This document shows positions 1-13,247 of a stretch of DNA of 64,000 bases, piece by piece. Every line of letters begins with the position of its first letter. Position 1 is the first letter of the stretch. The stretch spans positions 50,840,001-50,904,000 of the forward strand of contig OZ024745.1 in NCBI GenBank assembly GCA_964016885.1, in the 5' to 3' direction. A program made the position numbers and the translations under genes. Below the pieces are notes generated by a model. It made no database searches. It was not told where the DNA came from and was given only the letters and a program-made list of their open reading frames with translations. This DNA comes from Eledone cirrhosa. Lineage: Eukaryota.

Positions 1-1322
1 CTAATAAGATGCTAACGTCTAATAAGATGCTAACATCTAATAAGATGCTAACGTCTAATAAGATGCTAACGTCTAATAAGATGCTAGCGTCTAATAAGAT
101 GCTAACATCTAATAAGATGCTAACGTCTAATAAGATGCTAACGTCTAATAAGATGCTAACGTCTAATAAGATGCTAACGTCTAATAAGATGCTAACGTCT
201 AATAAGTTGCTAACATCTAATAAGATGCTAACGTCTAATAAGATGCTAACATCTAATAAGATGCTAACGTCTAATAAGATGCTAACGTCTAATAAGATGC
301 TAACGTCTAATAAGATGCTAACGTCTAATAAGATGCTAACGTCTAATAAGATGCTAATTTCTAATAAGATGCTAACGTCTAATAAGATGCTAACATCTAA
401 TAAGATGCTAACATCTAATAAGATGCTAACGTCTAATAAGATGCTAACATCTAAGATGCTAACGTCTAATAAGATGCTAACGTCTAATAAGATGCTAACG
501 TCTAATAAGATGCTAACATCTAATAAGATGCTAACGTCTAATAAGATGCTAACGTCTAATAAGATGCTAACGTCTAATAAGATGCTAACATCTAATAAGA
601 TGCTAACGTCTAATAAGATGCTAACGTCTAATAAGATGCTAACGTCTAATAAGATGCTAACATCTAATAAGATGCTAACGTCTAATAAGATGCTAACGTC
701 TAATAAGATGCTAACATCTAATAAGATGCTAACGTCTAATAAGATGCTAACATCTAATAAGATGCAAACATCTAATAAGATGCTAGCATCTAATAAGATG
801 CTAACATCTAATAAGATGCTAACGTCTAATAAGATCCTAACATCTAATAAGATGCTAACATCTAATAAGATGCTAACATCTAATAAGATGCTAACGTCTA
901 ATAAGATGCTAACATCTAATAAGATGCTAACATCTAATAAGATGCTAACGTCTAATAAGATGCTAACGTCTAATAAGATGCTAACGTCTAATAAGATGCT
1001 AACGTCTAATAAGATGCTAACGTCTAATAAGATGCTAACGTCTAATAAGATGCTAACATCTAATAAGATGCTAACGTCTAATAAGATGCTAACGTCTAAT
1101 AAGATGCTAACATCTAATAAGATGCTAACGTCTAATAAGATGCTAACGTCTAATAAGATGCTAACATCTAATAAGATGCTAACGTCTAATAAGATGCTAA
1201 CATCTAATAAGATGCTAACATCTAATAAGATGCTAACGTCTAATAAGATGCTAACATCTAATAAGATGCTAACATCTAATAAGATGCTAACGTCTAATAA
1301 GATGCTAACATCTAATAAGATG
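1..1322. repeat. 18-bp tandem satellite (CTAATAAGATGCTAACRT)n, ~73 units, runs off the left edge
   Basis: Homogeneous 18-mer with one main A/G polymorphism and one 3-bp deletion near 451. The 440-aa (MLTSNK)n ORF follows from the 18-nt period. Confidence 0.97.
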
Positions 1323-1957
1323 CATGCATAGTTTTGTAGTTAAGAAATTCGTTTCCAAATTTAAGATTTTGGTTTCAGTTCCATTAGATGGCACCATGTC
1401 TACCAAAACCTTGTAGGGGTGGTAGACGAAAAGTATATGGAAGTCCATCAAAATGTTTATCACCTGATTTAAGACCTCAACTTGACGTCTTAGGTGCCTT
1501 TAGCAGAGTCCGCTCTGTGGCAAGATCAGGCATCTTATCTCTCAACAGATTCTGAGTTCCAGTAGAAAATTTAGGGTGCTTCCTTTCTTCCCTTCACTAG
1601 TCATAAAATAAATATACAAATACATATCGACACCAAATTGAAGTAACATTCTTGGCTACTAGAACAGACATTAGTTGTCGACCTAAATTTTTTAGGATCA
1701 GTATATCCGTGATATACTCATCCTCAAAATCCTTGTATATCCGATGAAGAGTCTAAAAATTCTACAACTTTCTCAGGCGTTTCACTATATTAGATAATCT
1801 ACAATGCATTTAAGTTTTTCTTGATACAACATTCACTATATTTCATGTTTTACTTTACAAAACTCATGCTTTCAATTAAGAAGGTAATAGCGGTCAATTA
1901 TTTAATTTTGGAGTCTAGGATTGACATGCCATATATACCAGGGTTATTACATATATA

Positions 1958-2136
1958 GGGCGGTGGATTGGCAGTATCGGTAGAGAGTCGGACACCATGC
2001 TTTGCAGCATAGAGTTATGGTCCTTTATGATCTGAGTTCAAATCCCGCCGAGGTTAACTTTGCCTTTCATCCTTACGGGTCGATAAAATAAAGTAATGCA
2101 CTGGGTAATTGCTGGCCTTGTGCCAAAAGTAGAAAC
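1958..2136 (+). mobile_element. tRNA-derived SINE (dominant family in this window)
   Basis: GGCGGTGGATTGGCAGTATCGGTAGAG head, GAGTTCAAATCCC B-box, GCCTTTCATCCTTACGGGTCGATAAAATAAAGT core and GCTGGCCTTGTGCCAAAAGTAGAAAC tail, shared with more than 10 copies in the window. Confidence 0.9.
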
Positions 2137-2798
2137 AGTTATTAGATATATGAACAATCATACAGACTTGGAAATTTGCGTTTTGTACATTTTTGGGGTT
2201 TATATAAGAAAAGCCATATCGTTTATATGGATTACTCTCAGGTGGAGGTGATTAAAGACAAAATGATATTTTAATAATATACCAACCTATTCACCGATAA
2301 ATATAGTACCAGTCATTCCTTTTTCTATCTCTCTTTATCATTATCTCAAACTATTATATATCGTAAAAAAAGGAGAGCAGAAGACAGAAAATGAAATACC
2401 ACAACAATACAGACAGTCTCCTCTTCTCTTCAGTCAACCTCTGGGAATCCTTATAGTTTCGGTTTATTAAAGTGCCCACGAGAGAGTAACAACACAACCA
2501 GTAAACGAAGTCTCTTTCGACGAAATATAAGAATATAGGCAAAATAATTGTTACAAACCGGTGTGCTTTAACTGGAAACGATGTGATAAAAATACAGTTT
2601 GCAATAACTTAGCCAAGAAGAGAATAATAAGAATAAACAGTGTAGACGTTAGTCTTACGTAGAGACAGCATAGAGTAGTAAGGACGACATGTCCAGCAAC
2701 AGAAAGAAGACTGAGGTCACGTGTTAGTGGCCTAAGGTCAACTAAGTGGAAAGAATAGGAATAGATAGACAGGGCACGTGTGTGTGTGTGTGTGTGAA

Positions 2799-2831
<33 letters not shown>

Positions 2832-3447
2832 GGAGGTGTAGAGAAAAGGAAGAGAAGTTGTAGGTGGTATAAAGTCTCCCCCCCCGCCCCTCTCACTCTC
2901 TCTCTCTCTATATATATATATAAGACACACACACACATATATCATCATCATCATCGTTTAACGTCCATTTTTCACCCTAGCATGGATACTGATTTTGGGT
3001 TTGGTTTCTACAGCTGGATGCCCTACCTAACGCCAACCATATTTACAGTGTATGCTGGGTGCGTTTTGTCGTGTCACCTACACGACCACTTTACAGGGTA
3101 GACTGGGTGTAAGAAGTGCGCTAGCAGACGAAGGGCACGATACATTTATAGCACTATAAAGAGAGAGTGTGTAACCGAAACTACACCATTGTGTATAGAT
3201 ATATGTACATATCTAGTATGTAGACATGTAAACATGTCAGAAAATACGAATTTCCTTGTAAATTTAAAAAGAAATGATGAACACTTTTAATCGATTTTCG
3301 TATCTAATTGAACCCACATCAGAAGCCGTATACATCATCCAATCAACTACAAGGAAACATTTATTTGATCACTTTTAGTATAGCTCTGAAATGGACGTAT
3401 TAACATGCATATAATTAGCGATCATGCTAGTAATTAATTAAGATATA

Positions 3448-4291
3448 CAGGGTGTCCATAAAGTCTCTTTACAATTTAAGAAATATATTACAAAAGCAAA
3501 TGAACAGACAAATATGTGGAAATTATTACAAAATGAGGAGTAGATATTGAAGTTTTTTTAAAACTAATTTAATACACCTCTATATGGGCACATTAGTTGC
3601 ACGAAACACATCAAGACGGTACTCGATTTCTTGCCATGTTCGCAGTAGCATTGCCTTATCAATAGTGGCAATAGCATCAGTGATCTTTTGTTTTAGATCA
3701 GTGATGTACCGTATCTTTGTTCGATACACGATATTTTTAACATAACCCTATAGAAAGAAGTCCAGGGGAGTGATATCTGGTGAACTAGGTGATCAGGGAA
3801 TTGGGCCATCCCTTCCAATCCACCGGTCTGGAAAAGTTTGATTTAGGAACCCACGAACATGAAGTCCCCAATGTGGTGGTGCAGCATCTTGTTGGAAACT
3901 GATGGCTGGTTGAAGGTCATCTAGTTGTGGTGCCACATATTTAGTCAAAAGGTCAAGGTAAATATTTACGGTAATTGATGTCACGTTGAATTGACGGACG
4001 TGACGATGGATCTCTTCCATACTTAGTTCTGTAGTTTCGCTGAGTCTGCGTATCTGATTTTGTTTCAATAAACCATGACACATTTTGTGCCTTTTCTTGA
4101 GGAGTAACCATTTAATAGGGGTTCATTTAACAGTAACTATTTCATCAACAGGATATCTGAAATACACAAATGCAATATGATTACAAACTTTGAGAACTCA
4201 TGAGAACATAGAACACATCTGATTAAGATATCTCATCAATTGCCTTTGTAAAATAATTTTTAAATTGTAAAGAGACTTTATGGACACTCTG
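3448..4291 (-). mobile_element. Internally deleted Tc1/mariner-superfamily transposon, DD41D (rosa/Visitor) type
   Basis: 30-bp TIRs (CAGGGTGTCCATAAAGTCTCTTTACAATTT at 3448-3477; reverse complement at 4262-4291) flanked by TA. The minus-strand remnant FQQDAAPPHW...IP*SPSSPDITPLDFFL*GYV has 41 positions between the 2nd and 3rd catalytic Asp, plus in-frame stops. Confidence 0.9.
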
Positions 4292-5227
4292 TATATTGGG
4301 AAGTGTGCTAGCAGCCGAAGAGTGAGGTAAAGTTATATCTGTATCAAGTTATCAACTTAACGAACTCGAATTACTTTAATTAAAAGGGAGAGAACAAAAG
4401 TTTCAAGGGAAGTAACTTTTATCATTTGAACATCAAGTATGTCGATGCACATATGCAAGTTGTTGAGGTACTTAATAATACGAAGACTTAGCTTCTAATA
4501 AACGAATGAATGAGCTCACTTCATGTATCAATTACCTACTCTCTCGTCTGAATATTCTAACTCTCATATATACTGTGTTTTAGTGTGAACGTATATGCAA
4601 GAACAACGAATATTTATTGTGCGAAGCACAAACTTTCAAAGTTCTCTCCCTTGAAACGTAAATAATTAGTCGTATATGAATTTACTGCAATAGAAACATT
4701 GCATAGGTTTGTTTCATTTCTTGTTTTATAATTAAATTTTAAAATAGGATATATTTCCATAACCTTTATGTAATATTTATCTCATGAATTCAAGTATTTA
4801 TTTGTTAATGGATAAATCATTATAATTTCTGGAGAGTGTCAAGAAAAACGTCAAGAAAGTATTATAAATCGATAAAATGTATTACTTGTGCATTGCTTTT
4901 TGTTAATAGTTTGGCGTGAAAACATTTGCCCGTGTATCCAAATACTCACCTTCATAATATCGTCTGTTTGGCATCCTCTTCATGCCAATATGTTTTCGGT
5001 TGTTATTGTTTAAAAAAAGGACATAAACCACAATGAATTCTCCGCCCTAGAAGACAAGCGAACGTTGTGTACAAAATCAAACAATAAAGAAAGAAAATAT
5101 GTACAAAATCCATGAAATTTAAGCAATCAGGGTCACCCCCCTCTCTCTCTCTATATATATATATATAGATATAGATATATATATGGAGAGATAGATCAGT
5201 CAGGAATTTGCCGTCAAAATCAAGCCA

Positions 5228-5990
5228 TATATTTATATATATATATATGGTATGCCATCCAGTGGAACTTGGCCTCCGACAGGCTGGCACGCCATTTCGA
5301 CCAACACCGCCTATATATTTTCGCTCGGTTCGCAAGCCCCAGCTGACCCTGGCCCAATGCCTTACACTCCTTTTCAACCGGCACGCAGCTGGACAATGAT
5401 AGCTTGCGAATCAAGGTTTCCCTAAGTCTCGGCTTCCGGATTTGTGAGCCACATAAATGCCGCTGCGGATCCACCGTAGACTCTTTTAGTTTCCACCCGC
5501 TCTACTGCCACAGGCCGCCTTCCACGCCATGCTGCTCTCGACGAGGTCATCAAGCATGACTTGGATGCTGCAGGCTTCCCCTCCCAACTCAAGTCGGTGG
5601 GGCTCGACCGAGCGAACGGCAAAAGGCCAGACGGCATGACCATTTTTCCGTTCCGCGGTGGTAAACCCCCTCATCTGGGTTGTCACATGCAGTGACATAC
5701 TCCTGCAGTAACCTGGTGCAGACAGCAACTAACCCAGGCTCTGCTGCACTTCGAGCTGGGAAGAGTAAGTTCACAAAGTATCGGTCGCTCTCTGACAGGT
5801 TTGCGGTCGAACTCATGGCAGTGGAGACTACTCGTGTCCTTGGCCCTGAGCCACCTCCCTGCTCACCACCATCGGTACAGATTTGACTTCTGCAGGTGTA
5901 AGCCTTGCGAGCTGGGATGGCTCTTTCACCTCATCTCTCTCACCATCCTCCGGGGAAACGCTTTCTCTATTTTGTCCGCCGTGGCCCCAA
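5228..5990 (+). mobile_element. CRE-clade-like non-LTR retrotransposon 3' remnant (restriction-like endonuclease region), frameshifted
   Basis: Pieces RHAALDEVIKH, GKRPDGMTIFPFRGGK, KYRSLSDRF and MAVET match the cleaner copy at 37.9-38.4 kb. Confidence 0.75.
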
Positions 5991-6149
5991 TTTCCCACAC
6001 AATAGTAAGAGTTGGGGAGAGTGCGAGACAGAGGAGGTGACAGTGAGAGTTTGGTTCTTTTGTGTTCGGAACTGGTGTATATATGTGTATATAAGAGATA
6101 TTGAGTATACTATATAAGGATCATTTGCACTACGGTTAAGCTTTTAGAA

Positions 6150-6773
6150 AGTTAGTTTTTAGTAAACCCTACCGCTCTCCAGCTATCTATTTAAAGCTGT
6201 ATATAGCTATGGTGCGGCCACACTTAGAGTTCACATCACCAGTCTGGAACCCCCATCTTGCTCAGAACATTGACCGCCTGAAAACTGTTCAGAGACGTGA
6301 AACCAAGCGAATACCCTCCATCAGGCATCTACCATACTCTGAATGCCTTGCTTCTCTGGGCATGGATACATTGAAGCTCCGAAGTCTGGCAACTGACTTG
6401 GTAAACACCTACAAAATTATTAACCATCTTGCCAACATGTGTCTAACACACGCGGGCATGTCCACAAAGTCAGAAAACAGCACAGTTCCCATGACTTTCG
6501 GAAACATTTTTTCACGCTCAGAGTTGCTGAAGCAAACTACCTGCATCAGTTGTTAGCTGTTGGGACACTGCATCCTTTAAAACCTCCATGCTACCTGAGA
6601 TTCGGCAACACTACACATGATGTCCCCCCTCCATACACACGCACACATGTATTTCATGACTCGTACACTGTTCATTTTCCTGACATTTGTACATTATTCT
6701 ATGTACTATACATGCACCTTTGATGAGTTGTAGTGCACCTGAGCAATGTACATAATGATTTTATTATTATTAT
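6150..6773 (+). mobile_element. CR1/L2-type LINE 3' fragment
   Basis: LYIAMVRPHLEFTSPVWNPH...IDRLKTVQRR.TKRI and TRGH..K...FF..RV motifs typical of the CR1-group ORF2 C-terminus; ends in an (ATT)n tail. Confidence 0.8.
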
Positions 6774-6774
6774 T

Positions 6775-9700
6775 GGTCTAACCGGACGTATTTTGCTCGC
6801 TCCCAGTAGGTCACTTTATTTGCCTGTTAAAATTATTTGTTTGTTAAATATTTCTTGTTGTGTAAGAGATATAAGCCCTTAGACTTTGCCCTGTGAAGGG
6901 GAAAGTATAATATTTGGGCCTTTTGGCCCAAATATTTGAAAATCTTACTTAAAAAAAAAAAAAATTATTTAAAAAAAAACTTGGCTGAACCACGTCCCCC
7001 AGCAATATGTCTGCAGTCGTGTGACAAGGGCGTAAAAGTTGAGAGGAGGGTTAGTGAAATTCATACAACAGACACCACCACAAACAACGTGAACAAAGAC
7101 AACAACACTGAGAACACTAATTTTGAAAAAAATACCAAACCAACTACAAGAATAACAGCGTCAACCAAAATACAGACATCAGAAAAAAATGACAACACAT
7201 GCAACAACGATATTAACACCACTAACAAGAAAATAAACAACGACAACACCAACAGCAACAATACAAATTGCACCGAAAACAACAACAACGGTGGCACCAA
7301 AAACATAACCAACTACAACAGTGATAACAGCAACAACACCGTTTGTAGCAGTAGCAAGAGCAACAGCACCAACAACAAGACCAGTAACAGCAGTAGCGGC
7401 AGCAATAATGGTGCCGCTGAAAAAGGGGCCACTTCTTTCGCAGGTGTGGCCCGAAATATAGAGACAGTGCTAGTCACGGAGGAGGAGATGGCAGTCGCAA
7501 GAGCCATGGTGGCGAGAAATGTCAATAGAGTTTCCCTGAAACCTCCACCCGATTTCTTCAAAGACCAGCAGCTGCGCACGGTGACTTACTTCACCGTAAG
7601 CAAAATGTCACATCGGGTGGAGAGAGTCACGGAGGCTCAAATCCAAAAGGCCTTGGGGTGCGTCTAGGCGCGCAAAACCCACATCACCCGAGGCAAAAAG
7701 TACACCATAGTAGACGTACTTTTCGCCACTTCCAAGAGTGAGGAGATAGTCTTGGTGCCCTCCTACTGCGGGAAGAAAATTGTGAGGGTCAAAGTGACCC
7801 AGGTCCCGTCCGACGTGCCCATACATTGGCTGTCTGCGTCTGTACTGGCTGGAATCGAGGATAAGACCACCATACTGCAAATACAGAGAATGAGAAGAGA
7901 GAACTGGTCAGGAATAGGCATGCAAATGCTAATACAAACTGACAGGAGTTCATCAAGGCCATCCCAGACATCATAGACCTCGAAGAAGGGCTCTACTCCC
8001 TTTAAGCGTGGAAGGAAGGCGCCCAAAGTGCTATCTCTGTGGGTAGAAGGGACACCTGAGGGCCTTCTGCCCACAGAAGACAGCCAAGAAGAGGGCCCGA
8101 CTCCTTCCGACGCCTAATCCGCTACTACCATGAGCAGGGCAGACAACAGAGGCAGAAGACCCTTCTATGGTGAGTAGGAGAGCAACGTCCGTGGAACCCA
8201 TACCGAGGCCACGGACAACTAAAGCAGCGGCAGCAGTGGCGGCAACACCAATAGTCGCAGTAGCTACACCGGTGGCAAAATCGCCGGAGCCGGCTCCACT
8301 ACCACCACCAACAGCAGTGGAGTTCATACTCCTCCCAGACACCACGGAATCTGACATAGTGTATGAGGCGGGAGGGAAGTGGTAAACGGTCTGCTACAAA
8401 AAACAAAAAAGGAAAAACCCCTTAGCTTCACCCTCCAAAAGCGAAGACAGACAAAGAGGGGTAAAGGCTGCAAGGAGACTTGCAGCAACACCACGACCAT
8501 CACAATCACCACCACAAGCATCACCACCAACAACAACCACACCACCACCAGCATCACAAAAAACACCAACATCGCAAACACAACAAAACACACACACCCA
8601 ACAGCAACAACAAGAAAATCACCCCTCCTCCAAAAAAGTACACATCCATAAACATGGCAAATAAAGAACTCTTACAACATATAAAGCAGCACACAGACAT
8701 CACAGAAAAAAACTACTACACCCAACCAACAGCAAGAACTCTGCCGACAAACATAAACATCATTGAAATCAAAATAGAACATTATAAACTTTTAAAACAA
8801 AAATTCCCCAACGCAGTTGGAGACTTCAGAGGGTCGGTTACCAAGAAGATATACACCGATATCCTCTTGGAAACACTCATGACTAGCCAAAGGGACAGTT
8901 CTACTGTCCCTTCACCACACCGTCAAGGTAAGTGATCCTTTCTCACTTACCCCGCTTCTCATCCAAGATGGCCGTATTTAGAATAGGCAGTATTCTAAGT
9001 ACGGCCATGTTGGATGTACGTGGCCTGGAGTCATCTTGGAAGCAGGGTCACCTGCTGAACGACCTCAGGTCACTAAATATAGATGTGGTGGCCATCAGCG
9101 AGACCAGAATCTCCGAAGCACGAGCCTTCGCACTGATCTTCGGCGGCTACGATGTATACGCATCTCGTAGCCGTCCAGGATCGGGGGGGGGGGGGTTGCC
9201 GTGCTTTTTCGGAGAGGCTTGGATCTCGCCATACGGGCCATCTTCCTGGACCCAGAAGGTAAGTCGGTGGTGCTGGACGTGACCGGCAGTGAAGGCAATG
9301 CTTTCAGGCTAGTAGCCGTCTATGCCCCAACAGGGGCAGGACGGCCACATTTCTTCAGACGTCTAGAGACCTTTGTTGTAACGTCCTGCTCTTTAGTGTT
9401 AGTGGGCGACTGGAACGGTATCTTAGATGCACGCTGGGATTATGTGGGGCTAGTAGACAGGACAGGAGGGTGAAAACGCCTCAACAACCTGCTCAGACGT
9501 TTTTTACTGTTTGTATAGATTGGATTATCCGAATGTGCCAATGTGGACATGGGCAAACCGCATCGGGTCATCCAGATCGTATTTAGATAGGGTATTCTGT
9601 AGGGAAACAGATAAGGCTAGTGTAGGTTGTCCACAATTTAAAGTAGTCGACTACACGGACCACAAATTTGTGATATGGGAAGTTGACTTAGATAGACTCC

Positions 9701-11600
9701 ATAGGCAAGGGCCCGGCTACTGGAAGCTAAACGCGTCGTTCCCGGTGTGCAAAGCTTACAGAGATACGAGCTTTATGCGTATATGCCAGACTTGTTCGGA
9801 GAGGCGCAGACATGCGCCATCGCGGATACCTCCATCTCATGCGATACATCATAGATAGGGTGGTTAAGGAACCTGGCACGGGTGGGGCCCTGATCAATTT
9901 GGATCAATCTAAAGCATTTGATAGGGTCGACCATCGGTACATGCCTGCGTTCCTCGAGGCGGCCAGCTTCGGACCCGTTTTTAGGGGCTGGATCGCTGCG
10001 ATGCACAGTGACATCAGCTCGACCGTGAGGGTGAATGGTCACCTGTCGCAGCCTTTCAGCATCATGCGCTCGGTTCACCAGGGTTTCCTCCTCTCATCCC
10101 ACTTGTACGTACTGGCCCTAGAGCCGTTACTACACACATGGGAGACGATGAGGGGTCCCACGCGAACTGGGATGCGGGAGATCCGTGTCAGCTTACGCCG
10201 ATGACATCACTGTGGTGGTGTCGAGCACGAAACACGTCCAGATGCTCGTGGGGCGCTGGACGGAAGGACCGGTTAAATTGTTCTGGGTCTGGTTCGGTCC
10301 GGACCTCCAGATGGAGAAAAATTGGAGCGAGGTGATGAACAGGGTGGCCTCTCTCACCCAGAAATGGGCCGAGAGGAGGCTATCTCTGGAAGGTCGGGCG
10401 GAGGTGGCGAATGCGTATATAGCGTCCGTCATCTGCTACTGCCTGACAGTCATACCTTTCCCCGCCCAACTCTGACCAAAATGGAGCACCTTCTCTTCCG
10501 CATTTTGTGGAAGGGACGTACTCCCATGGTGAGACGATCCATTTGCTGTCAATACCTGTTGCGTGGAGGACTAGGCATGCCGTGGCTGATGATGCGTAAA
10601 CATGCGCTGAGGCTGTGATATCTCTGGTGCTTCCTTGACGGTGAACAGGTGTGGTCGCCGTTTGCCAGACGCGCTTTTCCCCAGCTCGTCTCCTTGACGG
10701 AGCTGCAGTGCTGGATCAGGAAAAGACCGAGGGATAGAGCTTGGAAGCTGGAATGTCTCCAAGCGCTCACCGCCCTCTACCAGCTGGGCACTAGTATCGG
10801 TGGAACATCCACCTCGGCGTTCCAGAAATCCCTGGCCTGGCAGTGCTACCGGGGAGCGTTGCCGGTTCGGGATAAGCTCTACAGTCATGAAGGTGCTGTC
10901 AGCCGAGCCTGTCCGAGATGCCCGCAGGGCGACGAAACCGTCCTGCACGCACTCGTTCAGTACCCAAAGGATTGCTGACTTGTGGAGCTATGTCGAACAG
11001 CTGCTGTCGCGTGTAGGACGGATCCGGTTATCGACTGAGTCCATTGTGCAGATAGCCCCGCCATCCTCCTTTAAAGAGGAGGAAAGGCAGGCAGTTTTCA
11101 TCTTCCTGGTAGCCATGGCGAAAGAGATTGTGTGGTGGACAAGGTTGAAAGAGTTGAAGACGGACACTTTCCTCTCCGGCCAATCCCTGATTAACTTTTT
11201 CAAGTTTCATTTGAAGAGGAAAATCAGGGTGGAGAGGCAAGTGCTGTCTTCTAGTAAGTTTGTTGAAAGGTGGGTGAAAGTGGCGAGTCTGGTCCGAGTG
11301 AACGGGCCCGCTCTGTGTATACGCCTGTAGACCAAGGAGTGGGAAAAGTGAGAGAAGGCGCTTGCCCTGGTGGTCAGGCAGGGTGGCCGTGGTCTTTTGT
11401 ATGGTTTTCACCATGAGTGACCCTCGGAGGTTTCCCCATTCTTGGGGAATTTTTGTTGTTTGAATTTTTTGGGATTTCTAGCCCGATTTTGTTATAACCT
11501 GTTTACACGACCAAAACCCACTTTGTAACGTCCTGTCCTGTTCTGTGCCGTCTCTAATGTTTTTCTTCGTGTCAGCCCTTGTGGCCAATAAAGAAACCAT
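6775..11600 (+). mobile_element. Near full-length, decayed L1/Tx1-clade LINE
   Basis: ORF1 has an Asn/Thr-rich N-terminus and a knuckle CYLCG*KGHLRAFC (~8029). ORF2 has an AP endonuclease (ISET, VAVYAP, LVGDWN, SYLDRVF, TDH, GPGYWKLN), RT (LDQSKAFDRVDH, SVHQG, AYADD) and C-terminal CPRC..ET..H. It carries frameshifts and deletions, and a 3' end GCCCTTGTGGCCAATAAAG. Confidence 0.9.
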
Positions 11601-11609
11601 TGTTTATAT

Positions 11610-12140
11610 ATATATATGCTTCTATGTCTTTTTTCTTTTTCGTTTCTTATATAAATAATAAAAATATTTACACGCACAAAACCCACATCGTACCGTCCTG
11701 TACCGTCTGTAATGTTTTTTCTTGATGTCAGCCCTTGTGGCCAATAAAGAAATCATTATTATTATTAAAAGGAAAATCAGGGTAGAGAGGGAAGTGTTCT
11801 CTTCCCAGCATTTTGTTGAAAGATGGGTGAGAGAGGCAAGAATGGCCCGAGTAAATGGGCCTACTCTGAGTATGTGTCTGTAAATTAAAGGTGGAAAACT
11901 GGGAGAGGGCACTTGCCCTGGTAGTCAGGGTCTCTGTCGCTTTTTAATGGGCTTTCTCCACGAATGTCCCTCGGAAGTCTCCCCCCCCCCCTATTGGGGA
12001 ATTTTTTCATTGTTCTATTATTACATCCTCTGTTTTTTTTTTTTTACACGCAGAAATGCCCTTTTGTACCGTCCTGTATTGTCCTGTACTGTCATTAATG
12101 TCTACTTTGTGTAAACCCTTGTGGTTAATAAAGAAAGCAT
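11610..12140 (+). mobile_element. Two stacked 3'-terminal Tx1 fragments
   Basis: Repeated CCCTTGTGGCCAATAAAGAAA-like termini at ~11750 and ~12130, and a KIRVEREVF...FVERWV fragment. Confidence 0.8.
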
Positions 12141-13016
12141 TATTATTATTATTATTATAATTATTATTATTATTATCTCCGATATTTATGCTTCGAGATT
12201 AGGGAAAATATATTCATCTTATTAGTTGAAAGGCTCACTTGTACCAAAGGTTCTTATAAAGATGATTTTGATATTTTATATTCTAATGAGACCTTATTGG
12301 TATTCGAAGAAAGTGCTTATTTAGTCGAAGGAAATGAAAGGAAATCCAATAAAAATATAGTCACTTTCCATTCACTTCACTTAATTATTACTTCCAAAGG
12401 AAACGAAGCGTGAAGTGGACTGTACGTACGTGTGATCACATAAACCACATTCTCCCCCCCCCCCACACACATACATATATATATATACACTCACATGCAC
12501 ACACACACGCATACACATACATACACCCCCTCATATATATATATATATACACACATTCACATACACACACGTACGTATACAACAGTTATATTGAAAATTG
12601 AAAACCGAAATCTTATAAATCGTTATATCCTGGACAATAAGAAGAGCTGCTTATTCTCCTTGCCAATACATACATCCGTTTTCTAAGAAAAGTATACAAG
12701 CAACACATGCATAGTGTTATTGTTAATAATTCGTTCAAATATTTCTGCAGGCACCTTCTCCTTTCGTTATTCAAGTGGCAATAATCACCAATATGCTAAA
12801 TTTTCTCCAGTCTTTCCTATTAAAATGACAAAAATACTACATATCTACCGGAGATTAGATGAATGAAATACATAGCTACTATTTGTAAAGAAACAAACCA
12901 AAATTAAAATTAATACATTATTGTCCTTGAAAAATATGTCACATTTTCGTATCATCCAGGATATAACTGTTTATAATATTTTAGCTATCAATTAACACCA
13001 TAACAACCGGTATCAA

Positions 13017-13247
13017 TGTGTGTGTTTGTGTGTTTGTGTTTGTGTGTGTATGTTTGTGTATGTTTGTGTACGTTTGAATGTGTGTATTTGTGTGTGTGTA
13101 TGTGTGCGTATGCGAGTGTTTGCGTGTGTATTTGTGTGTTTGTGTGTGTCGTGTATGTGTGTGTGTGTGCTTGTTTGTGTGTTTGTGTGTGCGTGTATGC
13201 TTGGGCGTGTGCGTGCATATGTTTGTGTGCGCGTGTGTTTGTGTGTA
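13017..13247. repeat. Degenerate (TG)n/(TTTGTG)n microsatellite
   Basis: Seen directly. Confidence 0.9.

Noticed and set aside
9-1331. 440-aa (MLTSNK)n ORF
   Set aside because: Follows from an 18-bp satellite lacking stops in one frame; no unique coding flank or splice evidence. It is also not a CRISPR array, as there are no spacers.
1958-2060. tRNA-like A/B boxes here and at other SINE heads
   Set aside because: No cloverleaf; these are SINE internal promoters, not tRNA genes.
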